In this document: positions 53,992 through 64,000 of the stretch, in pieces
Numbering within the stretch: the first letter of the stretch is position 1
Layout of the letters: each line of letters begins with the position of its first letter
DNA from: Pristiophorus japonicus
Lineage: Eukaryota
Direction: 5' to 3'
DNA length: 64,000 nt
NCBI RefSeq assembly: GCF_044704955.1
Contig: NC_091984.1
Location: 198,090,001-198,154,000 of the forward strand
Program-made: the position numbers and the translations under genes
The notes under the pieces: generated by a model
Seen by the model: only the letters and a program-made list of their open reading frames with translations
Told to the model about the DNA's origin: nothing
The model's database searches: none

Positions 53992-55488
53992 GTAAGTGTT
54001 GCCTATTTGCATTGAGCAAATGTTACATCTCTATTTTGTCTATCGTCATGTTCAATTATGGATTAAATTAAGGCGATGCTAGGTGTTTGTTCCAGTTGCA
54101 TGAAAAACCACATGCATCTACACCAAACCATATGCAAATTAAAGTTAACTTGCTGGCAATAACTTTTTAGTCTTGTGGTTGATCTTTTCCTGACTACCAG
54201 AAAAATGTAATTACTACTTTATACTCTGGTACTTGGTTGCTGTATAATCTAGGATGTTGGCTTTTTTTAAAAAAGAGAATCCTTATCTTTATTTTCTTAA
54301 ATTGAGCTGCATTCATGTTGCTTTGCTACTACTAACAACTATCTACTCCTCTCTGGCTATAGGCCTTGTTGTGCTACCACCTCTCTGTAATGTGGTTGTT
54401 TCCATTTTAGCTAGAGCAGAGAGACCGGCAGGTAGCTTAAAGAACCGAATAATAACAGAAAATGCTGGCAATCTCTGGGTCAGGCAGCATCTGTGGCAAG
54501 AAAGAGTGTAATGGTATTGACCTGACACTTTAACTCTGTTTCTCTCCACAGATGCTAGCTTTATCCAGAATGGAGTATTTTCCCCCTGGGTTTGTCTTTG
54601 TATATTTTCCCTCCCCTTGTTCTGATTGTATTATGTCTGTCCATCTCATTAAGCCCCAAAGAAGAGCTGCATTCTGTTTGCTCAACAGATGTTTCCAGCA
54701 GTCAGTTTTTAATCCAAGTGTTTGGCAGTTTTTAAAAAAAATGTCTTTGCTGAACCCCCTCCTGCAGACTCTTGGCAAGATTGTCATAGTCCTACATATG
54801 TGACTGCTGGTCAATCTAATAATGGCAATGTTTAATAGAAGAGGATTAAAAGAATATTCACCTTTGAGGATAGCATTGTCCATTAACTGATTACATAAAC
54901 CATGGTGATTAACCCTGTTACAGTTGATCTTGAACCACTGTTTACACAATGGAGGTTCACAATCCAAATGTGCATGTAACCTTACCAATGTTAATTGATC
55001 TTGACTGATAGCTAGTTGCAATACAAATAGTTATGTGGATTTGCCCTCCATGAATTAACTTGTTACAGAATTTAAAAATTCTGAAAGCCATCCCAAAGAT
55101 ACATTAAATACTTTTTAACCCTATTTTGAAAGCTGTGTAAAATCAAGACCCAATTCCTATCTATGCCACACTGGGTTAGCTCTAATACATCCTGGAGGGA
55201 AAGTAACTCTACTACCTTTTTTTTCTTGAGCCTGTATTAGGGAAAGTGTTCAATCAAATCCAAACCACTTGTACTCGTCTACTAACATTGAAGTAGTACA
55301 AAATAAAAGGTCAGAGGGGGATGGTAAGGGCAAAATGCAAAACACTTTGGTGGGGGACATGAGTTTGGATTTCTCAATGGTTGACTTGTCAGATTGTAGG
55401 ATTTAAAAAAAAAATGGTGAACCCATTTTGTATATCTAGAAGTGTGGTGGTGGTCAGTCAAAAGTATTCTTGTATATCTTTTTTACAG

Positions 55489-55541
55489 GTGATTTGGTTG
55501 GTCTATCTATTCACATTCCTTGGAGCAACAGCTGAAGATTT
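55489..55541 (+). CDS. SLC8B1: SLC8B1 coding exon 3
   Basis: AG/GTAAGT bounded, 53 nt. VIWLVYLFTFLGATAEDF. Confidence 0.9.
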
Positions 55542-56590
55542 GTAAGTATCTTTGTGCACAACTTGCTAGTAATACTGAGCCTTTTGCTGTGTTGCTCGTG
55601 GGGTTTTCAAAACTATAAAGGTAACATAATTACACACTGTTGTGGTCGTATCTCTTAACCAGCCTGCATGTCAAAGCAGGGATGTTGGTGCTGCAGAACA
55701 GAACTTTGCAATGCAGTGCACATTGGCAATACACAGCATTTCCAGGTGAAGTTGCATATAGAATCCAATTTGATGCACCACTCACAGTAGTATTTGCCCC
55801 AACCTCTGAGTATCCTCTACTGTAGCAGTGAATTGTTGGCCAGCCATCCTAGATATGGGTGAAATTGGAAACTGTTTCAGTTGACTAATCAACTCTTATG
55901 CTGCAAACACAGTACTAAACTGAGATTGCAGCACAAAGTGACTGGCCTGTCTGTTGCTTCATTGCCACTACCCTGCATGCACACTCTCCATAGCCTTGTA
56001 TCTTCTTTCAATTAATGGTCTTTTCCTCCTAATTCAGTCCAATGACCTAGTTTTCCATAGTAGTTTTTTTCCAGAGCTCCTGTTGTGCTTAAGTATTTTT
56101 GTTTAAAATTCCTGGTTCTGTTTTTTCTCTTTCCACTCCTCCCTTACCAGGAATGTAGTCAAACCTGGAGTGGCTGGGTCTGCAATTTTTTTTTACAACA
56201 AATCAAGCCTTTTGGATGGTGCTAGTGCTGGCTCTAACAGAACTACCCACAGTGCAATCACCTGCCCTTTCTCCATGCCTTCATTAAATTTATTTAAAAT
56301 ATTTAACCACTTTCCTTTTTAAACCTAGCATGGATTTTGCTTCCCATTCTCTTCTAACCACTTTCTGCATTGAAAGAAAATCCATCTCCTAACTGCTCCA
56401 TTCTTTAGGTGGTCTTGACTCTCTGCCCTCTAGTTACTGATTCATTATCTAACTAGTGTTTGTTTTTTGGGGGAGGGGAGAGAAAAAGGGAAATGTTCCT
56501 GAATAGCTCTTAACAGATTGAGTTCTGATCTTCAGATACTTTCTGAATACACTAAATTTAACTCATTAAGATTATTCTTTAACCTTTTAG

Positions 56591-56648
56591 TTTTTGTCCT
56601 AACCTGGCTGCCATCTCTGCAAGCTTAAAGTTGTCACATAATGTGGCA
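56591..56648 (+). CDS. SLC8B1: SLC8B1 coding exon 4
   Basis: 58 nt. FCPNLAAISASLKLSHNVA, followed by the U12 donor GTATCCTTT. Confidence 0.92.
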
Positions 56649-59600
56649 GTATCCTTTTTCACCTGTAAGTGCTTGGAAAGTACTATTTATTTGGTGAATT
56701 GTTTGCATGCTATTTTACTAAGATATTATGCCATAGATATAGATAGTTGTTAACCCATGTGTTATGGAAGGTAACATGGTAATAACAAATAGTAATTTCT
56801 ATGCTTTGAATTTTTAACAAACTCTTTAATTGTGCGAGGTAAACAATAAAATATGTTCAATACCAATTAAAATGCCCAAATAAAGTAGGGTGACTTTACA
56901 ATTGCAGTTCAGAAAAGATACAAGTATTGTAGTAATTTTCATTATTCAGGATAATTCTTGTCTAGTAAAGAATGCTTTGTTAAATTTGAGGTGTGTGCAC
57001 AAGGCCAATTGAGTTGGGTGGAATATCTGTCCTTTGTACTGTATCTGCCAATTCGGTGACTTTGACAGATGTCTCCCTTTGTCTCATAAATGTAATACTG
57101 CAAAACCCACATTCAGTTTAGTGGGGTATATTCATGAAGCTTGTATATGTAGGTGAAAATTGTCAAATGAAGTGACTGTTGCTAGAGCTGGATATGCTCC
57201 ATTTGTCTTCTTCCTCCTCCTCCCCACCCCCCCCCAACTTTTTAGTGCTCAATTTCTCCAATTATCATACCACCAATGCTGAGCATTTAAGAATATTGAG
57301 GATTGCCATTAATATAATACAATGTTCATGGTTAATAAATTCATGTGGGTATGGTGTGTGTGGCTAGTCGGCATGGGTTTATGAAGGGGAAATCTTGCTT
57401 GACAAATCTTGAATTTTTTGAGGATGTAACTAGTAGTGTGGACAAGGGAGGACCAGGGATGTGATGTATTTGGACTTTCAAAAGGCTTTTGACAAGGTCC
57501 CACACGAGATTGGTGTGCAAAATGAAAGCACATGGTATTGGGGGTAATGTATTGACGTGGATAGAGAACTGATTGGCAGACAGGAAGCAGAATTGGAATA
57601 AACTGGTCCTACTAGTGGGGTACCGCAAAGTTCAGTGATGGGACCCCAGCTCTTTACAATATACACTAATTTTAGATGAAGGAATTGAATGTAATATCCA
57701 AGTTTGCAGATGACTAAGCTGGGTGGCAGTGTGAGCTGTGAGGAGGCTGCAGGGTGACTGGGACAGGTTGTGAGTAGGCAAATGCATGGCAGATGCAGTA
57801 TAATGTAGATAAATGTGAGGTTATCCACTTTGATGGCAAAAACAGGAAGGCAGAATATTATCTGAATGGTGACAGATTAGGAAAAGGGGAGGTGCAATGA
57901 GACCTGGGTGTCATGGTAAATCAGTCATTGAAAGTTGGCATGCAGGTGGTGAAGGCAAATGGCATGTTGGCCTTCATAGCAAGAGGATTTAAGTATAGGA
58001 GCAGGGAGGTCTTGCTGCAGTTGTAAGAGCCTTGGTGAGACCACACCTTGATTACTGTGTTCAGTTTTGGTCTCCTAATCTGAGGAAGGATGTTCATGCT
58101 ATTGAGGGAGTGCAGCAAAGGTTCACCAGACTGATTCCCGGGATGGCAGGACTGACCTATAAAAGACTGGATTGACTAGGCTTATATTCACTGGAATTTA
58201 GATGAATGCGAGGGGATCTCATAGAAAAATAAAATTGACAGGTTAGATGCAGGACAAATGTTCCTGATGTTGGGGGTCCAGAACCAGGGGTCACAGTTTT
58301 AAGGATAAGGGGTAAGCCATTTAGGACTGATAAGGAGCAACTTCACTCGTTTGTGAACCTGTAGAATTATCTACCACAAAGTTGTTGATGCCAGTTCATT
58401 AGATATATTCAAAAGGAGTTGGATGTGGCCCTTGCAGCTAAAGGGAGCAAGGGGTATGGAGAGAAAGCAGGAATGGGGTTCTGAAGTTGCATGATCAGCC
58501 ATGATATTGAATGGTAGTGCAGGCTCCAAGGGCCGAATGGCCTACTGCTGCACCTATTCTGTTTCTATGAAGCGTGCTCCCGTCCTCCAGGTTCGGATGC
58601 ACTGCCCAACCAATCGGGTACAGTATTCCACAGCTTTCTCATTAATAGCAATGAGAACTCCCTATCTACGTTCATTGCTATTTAATGAGAAAAAACACCA
58701 TCACCTCACATAATTGAAATTAAAGTTAATGGCTTAATTTTTTTCCAATTTAAATTATGGTTTAAAATAAACTTACTGTAGTGGGCAGGGTTTTAACAAT
58801 GTTTTTAAAAAAAAAAAAAAAAAAATTTTTTTTAAACTCGCGCCTGTAAAAGTAGGCATGTGCTTGCTTTTCAGGTGCAAGAGTTTTCAGACATCCGCTG
58901 GACAAGATACGGCTAAATACCGCAATCTTGCCCATGCAAATGTCCTTCCGAGATGCGGAGGGTCTGCCCAGCTGGAGCTTGATGGATTGGGAAAAGCTGG
59001 CTTTCAGCGCATGTGGACCTGGGGGCTGTAATTTCTGGGCCAGGTTCCCCCCTCATTTCCCCCATTCCCCCAATATGCCCCTCAGCGCTCATGGGCAAGA
59101 ATCGCATTTTTGCACTCCAAATAATTGTATAATGCCTCCTTGCGCAAGGAAGTGCCGAAAGTTGCGTCTTAAATCGGTAATGCAGCAAAAGGTAATTTTC
59201 ACGTATCGCTTATGTTTTTGGCCAAAAACGGCGCAACCTGAAAATCCAGTCCAAGGGGTTCTTGATTTCAATGAGGTTTCTTGTCCTTAAGACCAACTTC
59301 AGTCTTGAATGTTCTAAAGTAGGACAGAATAGTGCTGGCTCGCCATCTGTAAATTCTAGAATTTGCTACACCACATTTAACTAAGCTAAGGGAGTAACTA
59401 TTTGTACTGTTTTTCTGCACATGGTTCTGTCAAGCTCCACCTCCTGCCCGTACCGGAAGTGTGGCCCCTGACTGAAATCATTCCACGGGGCAGAGCGGCC
59501 AGCGGGGGGACAGAGAGGGAGCGACCGGCGGGGGTGGCAGCAAAGTGGCACGGGGGGGTTTCGGCAGGGAGAGCGGGAACTCTGGATAGACAGATCACAT

Positions 59601-60392
59601 TCTTGAAACCCCCTACAAGGGACATCGTTGAAGTGGATGAAATCCAGAAGTCACACCACTCACTTCACTTCATATCCAATAAATCTGTCAACAATCTGTA
59701 CACAATGCCCCATCTATGGGTGGGGAGGGTGTGCACTTGTGCTGGGGCAAGACACTTTGGCTGGCCCTTGGTGTCTTCGGAGATTTAGCTTCTGGAAGTC
59801 AGTGGATTGAGTTATAATTTGCAAACTCTGTGAAACCTTGATGGGAGGTTCCTGTTACACATTCCAGAGAAACTTCAGGGTGTGGCTTCTCAAAGGGTGG
59901 CCATTTTCACAGTACAATAAACACATCCATAAGCTGATGGCCCATTATCTGTTTCAAGTACACTTTTTTTGAGTCCATGTATGAAGAAGGAAATATAAAT
60001 CAACTCCTGCTTTTCTAGTTACCATTTTAAGGTAGGCAACACTGTGTACAGCTGGACACTTGCACTTTTTTGATTTGTTTTTTGAAATGAGTACATGTGA
60101 AACTTGAAAGCAAGTAAGCTATTTACCTGCATTTTGATAGTTTATTGCAATTTTTAACTTGTCAGATAACCCTGTACTGACTTTGGTCTCTTGACCAAGA
60201 TTTGTTACAAGTAACTGATGTTGGATTGTCCACACCAGATTTAAACACTTAACTAGAATGCATCTCACCATGGTCTTCAGTTCTATTAATTGTTTACTCC
60301 TTCCCTTTTATCTCGGTAATAATTGTGATGCTGCTTTGTGACCATGTTTGACTAAATGCATCATTTAATTTTCCTTGATGGATTTTGTTCAT
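56649..60392 (+). other. U12-type (minor spliceosome) intron with GT-AT termini
   Basis: 5' site GTATCCTTT. Branch sequence TTTTCCTTGAT at 60369-60379. Intron ends ...TTCAT before GGT GTA ACG. No AG dinucleotide between 60281 and 60421. Confidence 0.85.
57366..58569 (+). mobile_element. CR1 LINE 3' fragment inside the SLC8B1 U12 intron
   Basis: Degenerate HGFMKGKSCLTNL, DFQKAFDKVPH and KFADD. Typical CR1 3'UTR ending ...TTCTATG. Confidence 0.87.
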
Positions 60393-60498
60393 GGTGTAAC
60401 GTTCCTTGCCCTTGGCAATGGAGCTCCTGATGTATTCAGTGCAATTGTTGCCTTTTCTGATCCTAGAACAGCAAACCTGGCAATTGGTGCCTTATTTG
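60393..60498 (+). CDS. SLC8B1: SLC8B1 coding exon 5 (alpha-1 repeat)
   Basis: GVTFLALGNGAPDVFSAIVAFSDPRTANLAIGALF carries the CCX-family GNGAPD motif. GTAAGT donor. Confidence 0.93.
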
Positions 60499-61203
60499 GT
60501 AAGTTTTTTAACATTTTTAGTTCTTTGATCATTGCTCTGTTTTATAAAAATTATATTTTGGCTTAAAAACCACATCTTCACAGGGTGGGTTTCTACTAGT
60601 GTTTGGTAACCCACCCATTATGTCAGCATGAGTGACCCCCTGGTTGGTTGTTTCCCAGTACTTCCCCATTTTCCCATGCTATTGGGGCATGTGTAGGTGA
60701 GCAATTGTGCTATCTCTCTGCTGTGTACTGTGCTGCTGAATTCTCCCATTTTGATATTACAGGCTGTTGCTGATCCTTCCAGTGCCGTTTTGTTACCTGA
60801 GCAGTTTTTGGGGGATTTATCCTTTGTGACTCCACTTTCCTGTGTTTTCAGTGCCCTCTTGAAGTGATGTTGACTGTCTAGTAAAATTGAATTCTCTCCA
60901 TGGTTACATAGAACTTTGCAGCACAGAATCCGGTCCTTTGGCCTAGCTTAATGGCCCATTAGTCATACTTTATTTTGGGTGGATGGGGTGGCAGGGAGTT
61001 GTAGTAATTGGTGTAGCATAGCTGATGACAAATCCTATGTCTAGCTCTTGCCTGTAACTAGTTCATTTGCTGCTGAACTACAATTTCTCAAGCACCTGCA
61101 TATAGTAAAAATGCTGTTTTTTTTTTAAAGCAGATACTGAATAATTAATTGGCTTCCCTAAAGTCCTGCAAACCTATCTTTTCTCACTTCCTCAACTTTG
61201 CAG

Positions 61204-61371
61204 GTGCTGGTATATTTGTGACTACTGTTGTTGCTGGAGGTGTTGCCCTTGCAAGACCATTCACAGTGGCATCAAGACCCTTCCTTCGAGATGTGATATT
61301 CTACATGGCAGCTGTCTTCTGGACTTTTGTGGTCCTCTATTTCCAGAGCATTGACTTGGGACAAGCACTCG
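61204..61371 (+). CDS. SLC8B1: SLC8B1 coding exon 6
   Basis: AG/GT bounded, 168 nt. GAGIFVTTVVAGGVALARPFTVASRPFLRDVIFYMAAVFWTFVVLYFQSIDLGQAL. Confidence 0.93.
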
Positions 61372-61507
61372 GTGAGGGATATTTGAGCAAATTCCAATCA
61401 CTAGTAAACTGGTCAATTTTAGCTGCTTCTGGCAGTTTTTCTTCACTTAATGTAAGGTTATTTGACTGTATAGTAGTGAAATTGATTTGTGTACTTTATC
61501 TCCATAG

Positions 61508-61618
61508 GTTACTTGGCTCTGTATGCAGTCTATGTATTCACAGTGATCATAAGCAGTATCATTTACAAAAAGGGCAAGAACCAGGCACATGATTCCCTTT
61601 ATAGTACTGAATCTGAAA
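61508..61618 (+). CDS. SLC8B1: SLC8B1 coding exon 7
   Basis: AG/GTAAGT bounded, 111 nt. GYLALYAVYVFTVIISSIIYKKGKNQAHDSLYSTESE. Confidence 0.91.
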
Positions 61619-62080
61619 GTAAGTTCATTGCTGGTCACGTAGATATCCTTGTCTTGTGGATTCCAATTATACCACAAGATTGACTGCCAATGTCTCTGCC
61701 CTTGGTTCTACAAAAACTATTACTGTAGCAGCATAAATGTGTTGAAGGGAAATAGACAAATCATAAGTGATTTGGTGAATTCTACATTCTTGCCACTCAC
61801 TGTAAATTGTACCATGTTTGAGAAGGCAGAGTTCATGCATAGTGCTCTGCTTACTGACCTCCTGCTGGTGGCTTGTTTTAAGAGGTAATTATCCCATCAG
61901 CTTTTTTGGTTTTAAACATTTATTCTGAAACATCAAATATAATTTCTACTTCATTAATGGCAAATGTTGTGAAGTTGAAGCAGCAGATAAGAATCCTCCA
62001 GATCTTGCACCACAAGAGAACTTGTTTGCAACATCTATGCATTGGTGGAAGTGATGAACATTATAACTAATGTTTTTCAG

Positions 62081-62137
62081 TCTGTGACACGGAGGATGCA
62101 AATCCATCCTGTATCAGGAGACCTATACATGACGACT
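62081..62137 (+). CDS. SLC8B1: SLC8B1 coding exon 8
   Basis: ttttcAG/GTAAG bounded, 57 nt, phase 1-1. ICDTEDANPSCIRRPIHDD (loop region). Confidence 0.75.
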
Positions 62138-62516
62138 GTAAGCACTTTTTTTATTCTAACGAGCTGGGTAAAGTAGTACTCCATTTTCATAAGGATGTGT
62201 ATATAAAAGTACTCCAATTTCAGAATGCTTTCCTGTTGGACAACCACATTTGCTTTCAAGTGGCTAATCTATGTAATTTACCAAGTTAGTTGAGCAATTT
62301 CACTAGTGCTCTAATTCAGGAAATTATTGTAAGCTAGCATTATAGCAAGGATAATTCCTCACTGATCGTGGACTGGACTACGATTGCATAAAATGCTTGT
62401 GGTAATTCAAGCTGAGTAAAACCTGTTGCGACACTTCGTTTTGAGTTTAGTAATATGTGTCATGCTGCAGTCTAGTCATTCTTTGAATTGAAATCCAAAA
62501 TTGTATTTTTCCTTAG

Positions 62517-62650
62517 CAAGCGAGTATCAATCTTTAATTGGAGAAGAACCCAAATCTACAAAATCCATTTTGTTGGACTCTCTTAACCCTATTGACTTAC
62601 AAAAATGGAGGAGAAAACACCTGCCCTGGAAGATCTTCAAATGTCTGAAG
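62517..62650 (+). CDS. SLC8B1: SLC8B1 coding exon 9
   Basis: 134 nt. SSEYQSLIGEEPKSTKSILLDSLNPIDLQKWRRKHLPWKIFKCLK. Confidence 0.9.
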
Positions 62651-63387
62651 GTGATTCTAACTAGGAGGGTGGTTGGGTGACTTCTAGACTGTCCAAGAAA
62701 ACTATGGGGGGGGGGGGGGGGGGGGTGTTCATAGCTTTAGATGATGCTAAAATTGCTCCTTTGAAGCCTAATCTTAATTTTGACTTCCATTTCCTGTAAT
62801 TTCTGCATTATTGCTAACTGCATAGGCATCTAATGACCTAATTTCTCAGTTAAGGCTGGCAACCACCAGAAGGTCCCAATTTTCAATGCATTACACTTTC
62901 CTTGGGTGTTGACCTATGGGGAAATAAATCTTTCAACTATTATCTCTGATAAATTCTGAATTGCTATTTCAAATGTATTTGTGCTGCCAAGTAAATGGCA
63001 ATAGTTTTGGTGTGCTCTGCTTGAACAACTCTCATTGCTTTGAAATACTAGGACAATCCAATTGTCACTGCCTTTTTTCCACCTCCACTCTTTCTTCCTA
63101 CCCCCACACATACAAAAAATGAAGAATCTTCCAGCTTGCCAGTTAGTCATCTGCACCCAAAATCACTTTTTCCAGCACTGATTTTTAGTCATCTCTTTTC
63201 CAGTAGTGGCTTGTGGCCTATTGCAACAGTCTTGAGGGTTTATTCCCTATTCTTGCTGCTTTTGGGCCTTGGGCTAGTGATGTGGTTTAATTTCATCATT
63301 TTAGACTTGGCAGTCTGCCAAGTACAGTAAATGCAAAAATCCCAGCAATTCAACACTGTATTTACAATTGGCTTCTTTTTGTTCCAG

Positions 63388-63529
63388 CTGCCAATTGAGA
63401 TTTTGCTTCGAATCTGTATACCTGTGGTGGATTCAGACCAGGAAGACCACAACTGGAAGCGCCCTTTAAACTGTCTACAAATTATTACTGGCTCACTTGT
63501 GTGCATCCTCACATTTAAATCTGGCTATT
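63388..63529 (+). CDS. SLC8B1: SLC8B1 coding exon 10 (gene continues beyond right edge)
   Basis: 142 nt. LPIEILLRICIPVVDSDQEDHNWKRPLNCLQIITGSLVCILTFKSGY. GTAAG donor. Confidence 0.92.
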
Positions 63530-64000
63530 GTAAGAATTATTTTAAACTGTTTAATTGTTTGAATGCCATTCTGGTACTAGACCACCCACATTTATTGAAA
63601 CTTCCAAATCACCAAGTTCTAGTTGGGATTTGCCTATTAAATTAGAGGTTGATTTTTAACCCTGCCTGCCACTAACCAGGTGGTTGGGCTGAAAAACTTG
63701 CCTTTCACTTTATTTTTTTCAAGTGGGTAAGCAGCTTCATGAATGAATACAAATTGCTGTCCTATTTGTATCCCAGTTACATTTTGACTGGTGCTTGAGT
63801 GGGAACTGCAGTTTCTTTTCCATCAAGCTGAAGTGGGTCTACAGATAGAATCCCTCTAGGGTAAGTGGGGAAAAACTTGTGGGGTTAAGATCAAGCCTGC
63901 TCCTCTACACCCCACAAGGAAAGTCTCCAATCTCCCCTGCCCCAGACACTCCTGCTCTCAACCTTCCTGCTTGCTGACCAGCCTCCTTTTTGGTGCTAGC

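Noticed and set aside
60279-60280. canonical AG acceptor for SLC8B1 exon 5
   Set aside because: It would add 112 nt, shift the frame and destroy the conserved HNVA-GVTFLA junction.

Overview
This is eukaryotic, intron-rich vertebrate DNA, most likely from a cartilaginous fish. That assignment is inferred from the RTE/CR1/L2/Deu-type SINE repeat content and the protein divergence. I reconstructed three genes exon by exon, checking splice sites and reading phase. FBXO21 (minus strand) has coding exons 1-9 at 15037-1622 and continues off the left edge. PLBD2 (minus) has exon 1 plus its last three exons; the middle exons are missing at an N-gap next to a 1.8-kb purine-only satellite. SLC8B1/NCLX (plus) has 10 coding exons at 52618-63529, continues off the right edge and lies head-to-head with PLBD2. 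The rest is mostly decayed mobile DNA: RTE LINEs, CR1 and L2 fragments, tRNA-derived SINEs, a gag-deleted Ty3/Gypsy element, a related solo LTR in the FBXO21 promoter, and MITEs. I found no new protein-coding system. The most notable observations are a U12-type intron in SLC8B1 with non-canonical GT-AT ends, three independent RTE insertions with twin-priming-type 5' inversions (one with a 43-bp TSD), a head-to-head dimer of a bipartite RTE-derived element, two foldback structures and a CLEAR-like E-box just upstream of the PLBD2 ATG.
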